Counted from the stretch's first letter, positions 39,577 to 49,542 are shown. The stretch: 64,000 nt of DNA from Acidimicrobiia bacterium (GCA_035706345.1 DASSVE010000163.1:12095-76094), one strand, 5' to 3'. Notes: generated by a model not told the origin, from the letters alone. A program made the numbers and translations.

Positions 39577-40011
39577 ATGATGACCACCTCCAGCCTGATC
39601 ACTGCGGACGAGTTCACCCAGAGACTTGCCTCTCTCTGTCTCGGCGGCGGGCACAGCTTCCCCAGGAAGACCCGCGACCTGCACATCCTCCTGGCCGCCG
39701 CCACCCTCTGGATGGAGGCGGGTGCCGTCTACACCGAGCGTGAGGTCAACGAAGGACTGGCCGACTGGCTGGATCGGGCCTGTCCCGCTCTTCGGGTGGA
39801 TGTGGTCAGCCTGCGCCGCGAACTGGTCGACCATCTCTACCTCGACCGCGACGACTCGGGCACCCACTACTCCCCCGGCGCCGGTCCGGCTGGATGGCGT
39901 TTTGCCGACGAGGTGGCCGATGTGGACCCGGTCGACGTCCTGATGAAGGCACGCGCCGAGCGGGAGGCGCGGCGCCGGGAACACGAGGCGCGAAACCGGA
40001 AGGAGGAGTGA
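39577..40011 (+). CDS. Hypothetical protein (DUF2087-like)
   Basis: 144 aa. GC3-rich. Family assignment from memory only. Confidence 0.45.
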   Translation: MMTTSSLITADEFTQRLASLCLGGGHSFPRKTRDLHILLAAATLWMEAGAVYTEREVNEGLADWLDRACPALRVDVVSLRRELVDHLYLDRDDSGTHYSPGAGPAGWRFADEVADVDPVDVLMKARAEREARRREHEARNRKEE

Positions 40012-40382
40012 TGGAGAGGGTGACCGGGATCGGCGGGGTCTTCTTCCGGGCGGCAGACCCTTCTGCGTTGGCCGGGTGGTACGAGGAGCATCTGGGGGTG
40101 AAACGGACACCACAGTCGTACGACGAGGAGCCCTGGGTGCAGGAGGGCGGGCCCACCGTCTGGGAGCCGTTCGCCGAGGACACGGACTACTTCGATCGGT
40201 CGAAGCAGTGGATGGTCAATTTCAGAGTCGACGATCTCGACGCGATGGTGGCCCAGTTGAACGAAGCCGGCATCGAGGTCGAAGTAGCCACTCAGACGTA
40301 CCCCAACGGGCGTTTCGCCCACCTGAACGACCCGGAGGAAAACCGCATCGAGCTCTGGGAGCCTGCCGACCCCGGCGCCTGA
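40011..40382 (+). CDS. VOC/glyoxalase family protein (124 aa)
   Basis: MERVTGIGGVFFRAADPSALAGWYEEHLGV...FRVDDLDAMVAQLNEAGIEVE...LNDPEENRIELWEP. AGGAGGAG RBS. TGATG overlap with the upstream gene. Confidence 0.7.
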   Translation: MERVTGIGGVFFRAADPSALAGWYEEHLGVKRTPQSYDEEPWVQEGGPTVWEPFAEDTDYFDRSKQWMVNFRVDDLDAMVAQLNEAGIEVEVATQTYPNGRFAHLNDPEENRIELWEPADPGA

Positions 40383-40383
40383 T

Positions 40384-41007
40384 TTGACCGGCGTCCGTCG
40401 ATCCGCGGTCGTGGCATTGCTGGCCGTGTCGAGCCTGACCGGGTGCGTCTCCGATGACGCCACGACCTCTGCATCCACCATCGGCCAGGCGACCACAACT
40501 CCCACCACGGTGGCCGACATCGCGTTCGACCGGGCGCTGCACGACGAGCTGATCGAGATGGCAGAGCGTGATCAAGCCGGCCGGACGGGTGGGTCCGATC
40601 CCGAAGGCGACCCGGCCCGGACCGCCAGGCTGAAGATCGTCGACGTGTTCGGATGGCCCATATTCGACCTCGTCGGTGAGGACGGTGAGGACGCCGCCTG
40701 GTTGATCGCCCAGCACTCGGATCAGGATCCCGAGTTCCAGGCGCGCGCCGTGGAGTTGCTGAGGGAGGCCGTCGAAGCCGGTCAGGCATCTCCGGGGAAC
40801 CTGGCCTATCTAGAAGACCGGGTTCTCGTCGGAAAGGGCGAGCCACAGGTGTACGGGACCCAGATCAGATGTGGGGCCGACGGGCCGGAGCCGGCGACCC
40901 CGATCTCCGAGGAAGCCACCCTCGACGAGAGGCGAATCGCCGCCGGGTTGCAGCCTCTGTCCGTTTACTACGAGGAGCTCGCCGAGATCTGCGCCGCAGA
41001 GGGCTAG
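40384..41007 (+). CDS. Hypothetical lipoprotein
   Basis: TTG start. Signal peptide and lipobox AVVALLAVSSLTGC, then a globular domain (AWLIAQHSDQDPEFQ...LAYLEDRVLVGKGEPQVYGTQ). Confidence 0.55.
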   Translation: MTGVRRSAVVALLAVSSLTGCVSDDATTSASTIGQATTTPTTVADIAFDRALHDELIEMAERDQAGRTGGSDPEGDPARTARLKIVDVFGWPIFDLVGEDGEDAAWLIAQHSDQDPEFQARAVELLREAVEAGQASPGNLAYLEDRVLVGKGEPQVYGTQIRCGADGPEPATPISEEATLDERRIAAGLQPLSVYYEELAEICAAEG

Positions 41008-41060
41008 AGCACCTCTGCCGTCTCTGACACATCACCGACCTGCGGCTTAACCTGAAGCCT

Positions 41061-41939
41061 GTGATTCCGAGCACGATCGAAGATCTCCAGCACGCCCTGG
41101 ACAGCCGCGACTACTTCGCCGGTGAGGACCTGACCGTCGCCATCCATCTGGCTCTCCAGCTGGGCCGACCCCTGTTCCTCGAAGGGGAGGCGGGCGTGGG
41201 CAAGACCGAGGTGGCCAAGGTCCTCGCAGCCATCGCCGGCGAGGACCTGATCCGTCTCCAGTGCTACGAGGGTCTCGACGTGGGCCACGCCCTATACGAG
41301 TGGGACTACGCCCTGCAGATGATGGAGATCCGCTTGCTCGAGGCTCGGGGCGAGGGGTCCAGGGCCACCGCCCGTGACATCATGAGCCGGGACTTCCTGA
41401 TCGCACGTCCGCTCCTGCAGGCGATCGAGTCCGCCCGCGGTGGGCGCCGCCCGGTCCTGCTCATCGACGAGCTCGACCGGGCCGACGAGGAATTCGAGGC
41501 TTTCCTCCTCGAGCTTCTCTCCGACTTCCAGGTCACCATCCCCGAGATCGGGACCATCGCCGCCGAGGACCCGCCCATCGTCGTCCTGACGTCGAACCGG
41601 ACCAGGGAGATCCACGACGCCTTGAAGCGACGCTGCATCTACCACTGGATCGACTACCCATCCCCCGAGTTGGAGGCGGCGATCGTCACCCGGAAGGTGC
41701 CCGGTGTCGAGGAGGATCTGGCCACCAGCCTGGCGGCGGCGATGGGTCGTCTCCGCCAGATGGACCTGTTCAAGCCACCAGGTGTCGCCGAGACGTTGGA
41801 TTGGGCACAGTCGCTGCAACTGCTCCACGACGGCGAGCTCACCGCGGCTCTGGCAGATCGGACCCTGGGGGTCGTCCTGAAATACAAGGACGACATCGAC
41901 GCCGTGCGTCAGGCCGGTCTGGAAGCACTGGTGGGATGA
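41061..41939 (+). CDS. coxD: MoxR-family AAA+ ATPase (CoxD)
   Basis: Walker A GEAGVGKTEVAK, Walker B LLIDELDRAD, sensor motifs. Immediately followed by a VWA gene. Confidence 0.85.
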   Translation: MIPSTIEDLQHALDSRDYFAGEDLTVAIHLALQLGRPLFLEGEAGVGKTEVAKVLAAIAGEDLIRLQCYEGLDVGHALYEWDYALQMMEIRLLEARGEGSRATARDIMSRDFLIARPLLQAIESARGGRRPVLLIDELDRADEEFEAFLLELLSDFQVTIPEIGTIAAEDPPIVVLTSNRTREIHDALKRRCIYHWIDYPSPELEAAIVTRKVPGVEEDLATSLAAAMGRLRQMDLFKPPGVAETLDWAQSLQLLHDGELTAALADRTLGVVLKYKDDIDAVRQAGLEALVG

Positions 41940-43063
41940 CCGGCCCGGTCCGGGACCTGGTCACTTTCGCCCAGGAGCTGCGCGGGCGCGGCCTCACCGT
42001 CACCCCCGACCAAGTGGCGGACATGACCCGGGCCATCACCCTGGTCGACCCGGCGAGCCGGTCGGAAGTCCACGCAGCCCTCCTCGCCCTGGCAGTGACG
42101 GACCCGGCCCAGCGGCGCTCGTTCGACGAGGTCTTCAGCCGCTTCTTCGAGGGGAGGTTGGATCCCGGCGGCGTCTCCGACCAGACCGGCTTGGCCACGG
42201 CCTCCGCGGTCAAGCCGATCGTCCAACCGATCGGCGAGATGCCCAGCGAGGCCACCCAGTCGCAGGCGGGCGCCTCCGCGATGGACCGTCTGGCCACAAG
42301 GGACTTCGCCGACCTGGACGAGGACCAGCTCAACGAGGCACGCCGGATGGTGATGGCCATGATGTGGCAGCCGTCCGACGTCAGGACGCGCCGCTGGCGT
42401 GTCTCCACCACCGGCGTGAGCCCGGACCTGCGCCGCACGCTGCGTGGCTCCACCCGCCCCGAGGGGGACCTCATGCCCATCGTGTTTCGGGAGAGACGAC
42501 GCCGCCAGCGACCACTCATCGTCATCGCCGACATCTCGGGGTCGATGGAGAAGTACGCCGAGCTGTTCCTGGTCTTCGCCCACGCCGCCCTGCGCCGTCT
42601 CGACGACGTCGAGGTGTTCACCTTCTCGACGCATCTCACCCGCATCACCGAAGACCTGCGGAAGCGGGACGCACGCGTGGCGCTGGACAAGGTCTCGGTC
42701 CGGGTGCCCGACTGGTCCGGCGGCACCAAGATCGGCGATGCGCTCGCCGACTGGAACAGGCTGTGGAGCCGCAGACTCGCCCGGGGTGGCCCCATCGCCA
42801 TGATCCTCTCCGACGGTTGGGACTGCGGGGACCCCGACGTGCTGGCGGTGGAGATCGCCCGCCTCGCCCGGACCGTGCACAGCATCCTCTGGCTCAACCC
42901 GCTGGCGGCCCGGACCGACTTCCGACCCGCCACCCGCGGCATGCAGACCGTCCTGCCCCACATCGACCACCTGCTCCCTGCTGCGAGCGTGGTCGATCTG
43001 AGGGGTGTGGTCCGGCTTCTCGACTCGATGGCCATGCCGGGCCCGCGAATTCACAATCACTGA
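41936..43063 (+). CDS. coxE: VWA-domain protein (CoxE family)
   Basis: C-terminal von Willebrand A domain with MIDAS (IVIADISGSM...T...LSDGWD). Start overlaps the coxD stop (ATGA). The ORF-track start 41801 is over-extended. Confidence 0.82.
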   Translation: MTGPVRDLVTFAQELRGRGLTVTPDQVADMTRAITLVDPASRSEVHAALLALAVTDPAQRRSFDEVFSRFFEGRLDPGGVSDQTGLATASAVKPIVQPIGEMPSEATQSQAGASAMDRLATRDFADLDEDQLNEARRMVMAMMWQPSDVRTRRWRVSTTGVSPDLRRTLRGSTRPEGDLMPIVFRERRRRQRPLIVIADISGSMEKYAELFLVFAHAALRRLDDVEVFTFSTHLTRITEDLRKRDARVALDKVSVRVPDWSGGTKIGDALADWNRLWSRRLARGGPIAMILSDGWDCGDPDVLAVEIARLARTVHSILWLNPLAARTDFRPATRGMQTVLPHIDHLLPAASVVDLRGVVRLLDSMAMPGPRIHNH

Positions 43064-43149
43064 TCAATGCCCGTTTCCAGGGTCCCCACCAGCAAGGCCC
43101 GTGTAGTCTGCCGGTAAGTGACACTGTTCACCGCGACGGAGGGCAGCAG

Positions 43150-43419
43150 ATGACCGAGGAGAGATCCAGCCGGGGCAATCCTCGGCTGTACGAGTTGATC
43201 GAGCACTCGCCCAAGACCGGCAAGGGCCCGACGATCTGGGCATGGCCCCAGGTGATCGAGTACCTCAAAGTGGCCGGTCAGCCGGTCCAAGGGCCTTGGC
43301 CCCCGCATCAACTGCCGCGGCCGGACCCGACCGACGAGGCCCTCCCGGTCGCGGTCCCCGATCCGCAATCGAGCATGGGTGACCGTTCGCCCGACACGGG
43401 CAGCGACACCACGGACTGA
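43150..43419 (+). CDS. Small hypothetical protein (89 aa) between coxE and coxM
   Basis: GGAGGG RBS 7 nt upstream of the ATG. High GC3. Structured N-terminal half (RLYELIEHSPKTGKGPTIWAWPQVIEYLK) and Pro-rich tail. Confidence 0.4.
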   Translation: MTEERSSRGNPRLYELIEHSPKTGKGPTIWAWPQVIEYLKVAGQPVQGPWPPHQLPRPDPTDEALPVAVPDPQSSMGDRSPDTGSDTTD

Positions 43420-43448
43420 ACTGGGAGGCAGCCATTTACCCGTCACGT

Positions 43449-44309
43449 ATGAAGTACGACGCCCCCCGCTCTCTGGAAGAGGCCTGTTCCCTGCTCTCCG
43501 AGGGTGGTGGCGAGGCCAAGATCCTCGCCGGGGGCCAGAGCCTGGTCCCGATGCTCAAGCTGCGCTTCGCCTCACCCGAGATGCTGGTGGACATCAACGA
43601 GATCCCGGGTCTCGACTACCACGAGCGCGATCCTGACGGCGCCATCCGGGTGGGTGCCCTGTGCCGGCACGCCGACCTGGAACGGTCCGACCTCCTCGCC
43701 CGGCACCAACCGACCATGGCCGGGGCGGCACCCCTGGTCGCCGACCCGATCGTGCGCAACCGGGGCACGCTGGTCGGCTCGCTCTGCCATGCTGACCCGC
43801 AGGGCGACTGGGCATCGGTCGTGACCGCCCTGGACGGCTCGGTTGTGGCCCACAGCTCGAGAGGGCGGCGCACGATCCCGATCAGGGAATTGTTCAGCGG
43901 GCCTTTCCAGAACACGCTCGCCTACGACGAGATCGCGGTGGAGGCGGTGCTGCCGGCGCCAAAGGGCACCCCGGCCGGCGGTTACCTGAAGCTGGAGCGA
44001 CGGGTCGGCGACTACGCCACCGTCGGCGTGGCCGTGGCCGTCGATCTCGCCGCCGCCAAGGTGGCACGGGCCGGCATCGGCCTCACGGGAGTCGGTGGCT
44101 CCACCATCGCTGCCGACGAGGCGGCCGCCCTCCTCGTAGGGCAGTCGCTGTCACCCGAGCTCATCGGTGAGACCGCCGAGCTCGCCGCCCGGGCCGCCCA
44201 GCCGCACAGCGACCATCGCGGCAGCGCCGACTTCAAACGGCAACTGGTGCGGGTCTTCACAACACGTCTTCTGAACAGCATCACCAGGTCCGGAGAGGAG
44301 GCGGCCTGA
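43449..44309 (+). CDS. coxM: Carbon monoxide dehydrogenase medium subunit (FAD-binding)
   Basis: FAD-binding PCMH fold ([15 protein letters not shown]...) and CO dehydrogenase flavoprotein C-domain. Confidence 0.9.
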   Translation: MKYDAPRSLEEACSLLSEGGGEAKILAGGQSLVPMLKLRFASPEMLVDINEIPGLDYHERDPDGAIRVGALCRHADLERSDLLARHQPTMAGAAPLVADPIVRNRGTLVGSLCHADPQGDWASVVTALDGSVVAHSSRGRRTIPIRELFSGPFQNTLAYDEIAVEAVLPAPKGTPAGGYLKLERRVGDYATVGVAVAVDLAAAKVARAGIGLTGVGGSTIAADEAAALLVGQSLSPELIGETAELAARAAQPHSDHRGSADFKRQLVRVFTTRLLNSITRSGEEAA

Positions 44310-44310
44310 C

Positions 44311-44865
44311 ATGACCAGTCTTTTCGAGGAGATCAGCCCGGCCCCGGCCGACGACGTCCCTGTTCGCCAGGTGACCTTGACGATCAACGGGGAGCGGCGC
44401 TCCGCCATGGTCGAGCCCCGGCTCCTGCTGGTGCATCTGCTGCGGCAGGGTTTCAAGCTGACCGGCACCCACGTCGGATGTGACACGACCAACTGTGGCG
44501 CCTGCACGGTGCTGTTCGACGGCCGGCCGGTGAAGAGCTGCACGATGCTGGCCGTCCAGGCCGACGGCCACGATGTGATGACGGTGGAAGGCCTCGCCGG
44601 GCCCAGCGAGCTGCACGCCCTCCAGGAAGGGTTCAAGGAGGAGCACGGCCTCCAGTGCGGGTTCTGCACCCCGGGGATGATGATGGCGTCCAAGGCCCTG
44701 CTCGACGAGAACCCGCACCCCACCGAGGACGAGATCCGGTGGGCGCTCAGCGGGAACCTGTGCCGCTGCACGGGCTATCAGAACATCGTCAAGGCCGTCA
44801 TGTGGGCGGCGGACAAGCTCAGCCAAGGTGTTGCACCGGAGACCGATACGGAGGTGATGGCGTGA
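44311..44865 (+). CDS. coxS: Carbon monoxide dehydrogenase small subunit (2x[2Fe-2S])
   Basis: Plant-type ferredoxin cluster motif [11 protein letters not shown] and second cluster CGFCTPGM...CRCTGY. Confidence 0.92.
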   Translation: MTSLFEEISPAPADDVPVRQVTLTINGERRSAMVEPRLLLVHLLRQGFKLTGTHVGCDTTNCGACTVLFDGRPVKSCTMLAVQADGHDVMTVEGLAGPSELHALQEGFKEEHGLQCGFCTPGMMMASKALLDENPHPTEDEIRWALSGNLCRCTGYQNIVKAVMWAADKLSQGVAPETDTEVMA

Positions 44866-47246
44866 CGGCTGTCGATGAGGTCAAGATCGGCGGTATCGGA
44901 GCCAGCCGGAAGCGGGTCGAGGACAACCGGTTCATCCGAGGCAAAGGCAACTATCTCGACGACATCACGCTGCCCGGGATGTTGCACATGGAGATCCTGC
45001 GCAGCCCCCTGGCACACGCCCGGATCAACTCCATCGACATCTCCAAGGCCATGGCCATGCCCGGTGTCCGCCTCGTGCTCACCGGGGAGATGATGGCGGC
45101 GCGCAACCTGGCGTGGATGCCGACGCTCTCCTACGACACCCAGGCAGTGCTGGCCACCGACAAGGTCAGGTTCCAGGGCCAGGAGGTCGCCTGCGTCATC
45201 GCCGACGATCCCTACATCGCCAAGGACGCCTGTCAGGCCATCGTCGTCGACTATGAGCCGCTCCCTGTCATCGTCAACCCGAACCAGGCGCTGGCCGACG
45301 GGGCGCCTCTGATCCGCGACGACAAGGAGAACCAGCCCGACAATGTGATCTACGACTGGGAGGTGGGCGACAAGGAGGGGACCGACCGCGCCTTCGCCGA
45401 GGCGGACGTCATCTCCAAGCTGGAGCTGCACTATCCCCGCTCCCACCCCTCCCCCATCGAGACCTGCGGGTCGATCGCCGACTTCAACCGGGCCACCTCG
45501 AAGCTGACCGTCTATCTGACCACTCAGGCGCCGCACATCATCCGGGCCGCGGTCGCCCTGGTCGCCGAGCTCCCCGAGCAGATGATCAGGATCGTGGCCC
45601 CTGACATCGGCGGCGGCTTCGGAAACAAGGTCCCGGTCTACCCGGGGTACGTGGCCTCCATCCTGGCCTCCATCCTCCTGGAGCGGCCGGTCAAGTGGAT
45701 CGAGGATCGGACCGGAAACCTGATCTCGACCGGTTTCGCCCGCGACGTCTACCTGAAGGGCGAGCTGGCACTTCGGCGTGACGGGAAGATCCTCGGTGTG
45801 CGGATGAACACCCTGGCCGACCATGGCGCCTTCTTCTCGGACGCCCAGCCCTCCAAATTCAAGATCGGGCTGATGCACTCGGCGTTCGCCTGTTACGACA
45901 TCCCGACCGCCCATCTGGTCGCCCGGGGCGTGTACACCAACAAAGCGCCCGGCGGGGTGGCCTACCGCTGCTCCTTCCGGATCACCGAGGCGATGTTCTT
46001 CCAGGAGCGAATGGCCCAGGCCGCCGCCGACGACCTGGGGATGGACCAGGCCGAGTTCCGCCGGATCAACTTCGTGCGCGACGACGACTTCCCGCACCGG
46101 ACCCCATTCGGGTTCCTGACCGACTCGGGTCAATACGGGAAGTGCCTGGACGTCGGTCTGGAGGCCATCGGCTACCAGGACTTCCTCCGCCAGAAGGAGG
46201 AGGCGGCCAAACGGGGCCGTCTGCTCGGGATCGGCATCTCGACCATGACCGAGCCGCTCGGCGCCGGCAACAGCCGGGAGTACGACATCCTCGGTATCAA
46301 GATGTTCGACTCCGCGGAGTTGAAGATCCACATGACCGGGAAGGCGCTCCTCCGCACTGGCGCCAAGTCCCAGGGTCAGGGGCACGAGACGACGTGGGCG
46401 CAGATCGTCGCCCACGAGCTCGGGATCCCGGCCGAGGACGTGGCCGTCGAGGAGGGCGACACGGACACGGCGCCGTTCGGCATGGGCACCTACGCATCCC
46501 GCAGCACGCCCGTGGCCGGGGCCGCCGTGGCCATGGTCTCCCGCAAGATCAGGGCCAAGGCTCGCAAGATCGCCGCCCATCTCCTCGAGATCTCCGAAGA
46601 GGACGTCGAGTGGGAGCTGGGCCGCTTCTACGTCCGGTCCAACCCCGAGCGGGGCGTGACCATCCAGGAGTGCGCGGCAGCCGCTTACTCCAACATGCCC
46701 GACGGAATGGAGCCCGGGCTGGAGAACGTGGCCTACTACGACCCGCCCAACCTCACCTGGCCCTTCGCCTGCTACATCGCCACGGTGGAGGTCGACCCCG
46801 AGACCGGGGTGTGGGATGTGCTCCGGGTGGTGGCCGTGGACGACTGCGGCGTCCGCATCAACCCGATGATCGTCGAGGGTCAGATCATGGGTGGTCTCAC
46901 CGAGGCGTACGCCATGTCCAACATGCAGTTCATCACCTTCGACGAGAACGGCAACTGCATCGGGGCCAACTTCACCGACTACCTGCTGCCCACCGCCTGG
47001 GAGACCCCGGGATTCGAGCTGCACGAGGTGGTCACGCCCTGTCCTCACCACCCAATCGGGGCCAAGGGGATCGGCGAGTGCGCCGCGGTTGGTGGCCCGG
47101 CCGCCTTCGTCAACGCGGTGATGGACGCTCTCAAGGGCACCGGGGTACGGAACATCGACATGCCCCTGTTCCCGGACCGTGTCTTTCAAGCTCTGCAGAC
47201 CGGTCGGGACGTGAGCGGCGCACCCCCGGTGAGGGTCGACGCATGA
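44862..47246 (+). CDS. coxL: Carbon monoxide dehydrogenase large subunit, form I (molybdopterin MCD cofactor, Mo-S-Cu site)
   Basis: GTG start overlapping the coxS stop. Active-site loop VAYRCSFR (form I AYXCSFR signature) and MoCo-binding GGGFGNK motif. The ORF-track start 44655 is over-extended. Confidence 0.9.
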   Translation: MTAVDEVKIGGIGASRKRVEDNRFIRGKGNYLDDITLPGMLHMEILRSPLAHARINSIDISKAMAMPGVRLVLTGEMMAARNLAWMPTLSYDTQAVLATDKVRFQGQEVACVIADDPYIAKDACQAIVVDYEPLPVIVNPNQALADGAPLIRDDKENQPDNVIYDWEVGDKEGTDRAFAEADVISKLELHYPRSHPSPIETCGSIADFNRATSKLTVYLTTQAPHIIRAAVALVAELPEQMIRIVAPDIGGGFGNKVPVYPGYVASILASILLERPVKWIEDRTGNLISTGFARDVYLKGELALRRDGKILGVRMNTLADHGAFFSDAQPSKFKIGLMHSAFACYDIPTAHLVARGVYTNKAPGGVAYRCSFRITEAMFFQERMAQAAADDLGMDQAEFRRINFVRDDDFPHRTPFGFLTDSGQYGKCLDVGLEAIGYQDFLRQKEEAAKRGRLLGIGISTMTEPLGAGNSREYDILGIKMFDSAELKIHMTGKALLRTGAKSQGQGHETTWAQIVAHELGIPAEDVAVEEGDTDTAPFGMGTYASRSTPVAGAAVAMVSRKIRAKARKIAAHLLEISEEDVEWELGRFYVRSNPERGVTIQECAAAAYSNMPDGMEPGLENVAYYDPPNLTWPFACYIATVEVDPETGVWDVLRVVAVDDCGVRINPMIVEGQIMGGLTEAYAMSNMQFITFDENGNCIGANFTDYLLPTAWETPGFELHEVVTPCPHHPIGAKGIGECAAVGGPAAFVNAVMDALKGTGVRNIDMPLFPDRVFQALQTGRDVSGAPPVRVDA

Positions 47247-48172
47247 GCCCGAGGTCGGGCGAGGGTTGGCGGATCCTGCAGCTGGCCGACGAGTTGGCCG
47301 CCAAGGGCGAGAAGTTTGCCCTGGCCACCGTGGTCTGGCGGCAGGCCCCTTCATCCGGCCATGAGGGCGCCCGCGCCATCGTCACCGCCGACGGGGAGAT
47401 CCACGGGTGGATAGGCGGGGCCTGCGCCGAGCCGGTCGTGATCCGTGAGGCGCAACGGGTGATGGCCGAAGGCGAACCGCAGCTGATCCTGCTCGGCGCG
47501 CCCGATGACTTCGGTCATGTTCCCGAGGGCATGCTGCAGGTCCCGATGGCGTGCCAATCGGAGGGGGCTTTGCAGGTCTACATCGAGCCGGTCCTGTCTG
47601 CACCGCGTCTGGTGGTGGTGGGCCGGTCCCCGATGGCGACCACCCTGGTCGACCTGGCATCGATCCTGGGGTGGCGGGCCGAGTTGGTCGACTCCCATGA
47701 CTTCACCGCCGACCGGGTCGAGAGGGACGCCATTGTCATCGTCGCCACCCAGGGCCACGACGACGAGGACACCCTGGAGCGGGCCGTGACCGCAGACCCC
47801 GCCTTCGTCGGCCTGGTCGCCTCCCGGAAACGGGGCGAGGCCGTCCTCGGATACCTCGCCGACCGTGGTCTCGACAGGGAGTCGCTGCAGAGGGTCCGAT
47901 TCCCTGTGGGGGTGGATCTCGGGCACACCACACACAACGAGATCGCGGTCTCGGTGCTCGCCGAGTTGGTCTCCCTCCGGGCCAAGGGCGAGCTGGAAAG
48001 AACCGCGACGGCCGTCACCGAGCCGCCGGCCACCGCCATCGACCTGGTTTGCGGGATGACCGTGCCGGCCGACGAGACCAGCCGCCCGTTCGTCTACCAA
48101 GGCACCACTTACTACTTCTGCGCTCCGGGATGCCGGACCGCGTTCGAGAAGAACCCGACTGCCTACCTCTGA
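47243..48172 (+). CDS. coxF: XdhC/CoxF-family accessory protein fused to a C-terminal YHS/TRASH-type metal-binding domain
   Basis: XdhC_CoxI N-domain (FALATVVWRQAPSSGHEGARAIVTADGEIHGWIGGACAE), Rossmann-like XdhC_C domain (PRLVVVGRSPMATTLVDLASILGW), C-terminal DLVCGMTVPADE...YYFCAPGCRTAF (YHS motif). Confidence 0.8.
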   Translation: MSPRSGEGWRILQLADELAAKGEKFALATVVWRQAPSSGHEGARAIVTADGEIHGWIGGACAEPVVIREAQRVMAEGEPQLILLGAPDDFGHVPEGMLQVPMACQSEGALQVYIEPVLSAPRLVVVGRSPMATTLVDLASILGWRAELVDSHDFTADRVERDAIVIVATQGHDDEDTLERAVTADPAFVGLVASRKRGEAVLGYLADRGLDRESLQRVRFPVGVDLGHTTHNEIAVSVLAELVSLRAKGELERTATAVTEPPATAIDLVCGMTVPADETSRPFVYQGTTYYFCAPGCRTAFEKNPTAYL

Positions 48173-48184
48173 GGAGAAGACAGA

Positions 48185-48769
48185 GTGCTGATCAAGAACT
48201 CGATCGAAGTCGACCAGCCGATCGACAAGGTGTGGGAGTTCTGCCAGGACGTGCCCCAGGTCGCGTCGTGTCTCCCCGGCGCCGAGCTCACCGACGAGCT
48301 GGGCCCCGACCAGTACGCCGGGAAGGTCGGTATCGCCATGGGCCCGGTCAAGATGCAGTTCGCCGGGACCGCCGACGTCAAGCAACGCGACCCCGAGACC
48401 AAGACCATCATCATCGACGCCGCCGGCGCCGACGCCAAGGGGCAGGGTCAGGCGGCCCTGGGGCTCTCCGTCCGTCTGGTCCCCACGGCCGGTGGCACCA
48501 GACTGGAGGTGGAACAGGACATACAGCTGTCCGGGGCCGCGGCCCAGTACGGGCGGGGCATGATCAGCGACGTCTCACAGGTGATGATGCGCGACTTCGC
48601 CGTCAACATGCAGGCCCGTCTCGACGCGTTCGCCCGTGGCGTCAGCCCGGCCCAGGTGCAGACGGCGCAGAGTGCAAGCGGGCTCACGATCGGTTTGAGG
48701 GCGGCGTGGATGGCCTTGAAACGGGTGGCCAGGCGCTTCTTCCTCCCCTACCAGCCAACGGGTAACTGA
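48185..48769 (+). CDS. coxG: CoxG (SRPBCC-family CO dehydrogenase subunit G)
   Basis: MLIKNSIEVDQPIDKVWEFCQDVPQVASCLPGAELTD...DAAGAD...; polyketide-cyclase-like SRPBCC fold typical of CoxG. Confidence 0.8.
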   Translation: MLIKNSIEVDQPIDKVWEFCQDVPQVASCLPGAELTDELGPDQYAGKVGIAMGPVKMQFAGTADVKQRDPETKTIIIDAAGADAKGQGQAALGLSVRLVPTAGGTRLEVEQDIQLSGAAAQYGRGMISDVSQVMMRDFAVNMQARLDAFARGVSPAQVQTAQSASGLTIGLRAAWMALKRVARRFFLPYQPTGN

Positions 48770-48779
48770 GGAGGTCGAC

Positions 48780-49034
48780 ATGACATGGTGGTGGATCGGG
48801 AACGTGATCCTGCTGGTAGCGGTGATCCCCGTGCTGATAGCCCTGCTCAACCGGGTGCTGGCGGCGCTGGAGCGGATCCGGGGAGCATCGGACCGGATAT
48901 TGGCGGGCGGTGTGCAACTGATCGGAGAGGTCGATCGGGTGCCTGAGCTGCTCGCAACGACAGACGAGACCATCGAAGACGTGTCGGTCGGCGCGGTCAG
49001 GTACGCCGGGTCGGTCGCCAAGCTGCTGGGTTGA
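48780..49034 (+). CDS. Small single-pass membrane protein, paralog 1 of 5 (84 aa)
   Basis: N-terminal TM helix (WWWIGNVILLVAVIPVLIALL) then an amphipathic helical segment. GAGGAGG RBS. GC3-rich. Confidence 0.6.
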   Translation: MTWWWIGNVILLVAVIPVLIALLNRVLAALERIRGASDRILAGGVQLIGEVDRVPELLATTDETIEDVSVGAVRYAGSVAKLLG

Positions 49035-49044
49035 GAGGAGAGTC

Positions 49045-49272
49045 ATGCCAGCTGCAGCCGTAGTCACCCTGGTGCTAGCGACGCTGATAATCGCCGCCGC
49101 GGCACTGGGCCTCATCCGGGTTATAGGCCATCTCTCGGCGATCTTGAAGACGCTGCGCGCCCTCACCGGAGGCGTCGATGTGGTCGCCGAGAAGACCAGC
49201 ACCGTTCCCGCCGTCGTCGGTTCTGTGAACGCCAACCTGAAGCCGGTCAGCGACTTCGCCGAGTCGATCTAG
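49045..49272 (+). CDS. Small single-pass membrane protein, paralog 2 of 5 (75 aa)
   Basis: TM helix (AVVTLVLATLIIAAAALGLI) plus amphipathic tail. GAGGAGAG RBS. Confidence 0.6.
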   Translation: MPAAAVVTLVLATLIIAAAALGLIRVIGHLSAILKTLRALTGGVDVVAEKTSTVPAVVGSVNANLKPVSDFAESI

Positions 49273-49278
49273 GGGGTC

Positions 49279-49542
49279 GTGATGAGTGAATTGTTCGAGG
49301 GCAACACCGGCTGGCTGGTCGGATACATCATCGGGATCGTCGTGGTCCTGGTGGTCGTGGCGCTGGTGGTCCCGATCCTGGTCCTGGCCCGAAAGATCGG
49401 GAACGAGGCGGAGCTGATCAACGAGAGCCTGAAGCGGTCCGTGCAGAACACGGCCGCCCTGGCCGATCTGGCCACCACCAACACCATGGCGATCAACGTC
49501 ATCGAGGGCCTGAAGCGCGGTCGTCAGCGTCTGGGAGGTTGA
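49279..49542 (+). CDS. Small single-pass membrane protein, paralog 3 of 5 (87 aa)
   Basis: TM helix (WLVGYIIGIVVVLVVVALVVPILVLA) plus amphipathic tail. AGGGGG RBS. Confidence 0.6.
   Translation: MMSELFEGNTGWLVGYIIGIVVVLVVVALVVPILVLARKIGNEAELINESLKRSVQNTAALADLATTNTMAINVIEGLKRGRQRLGG

Noticed and set aside
44778-47354. 858-aa minus-strand ORF antisense to coxL
   Set aside because: It is a mirror-frame artefact of a GC3-rich gene. Composition is Gly/Arg/Val/Pro-dominated with no motifs, while the plus-strand coxL has clear CODH large-subunit signatures.
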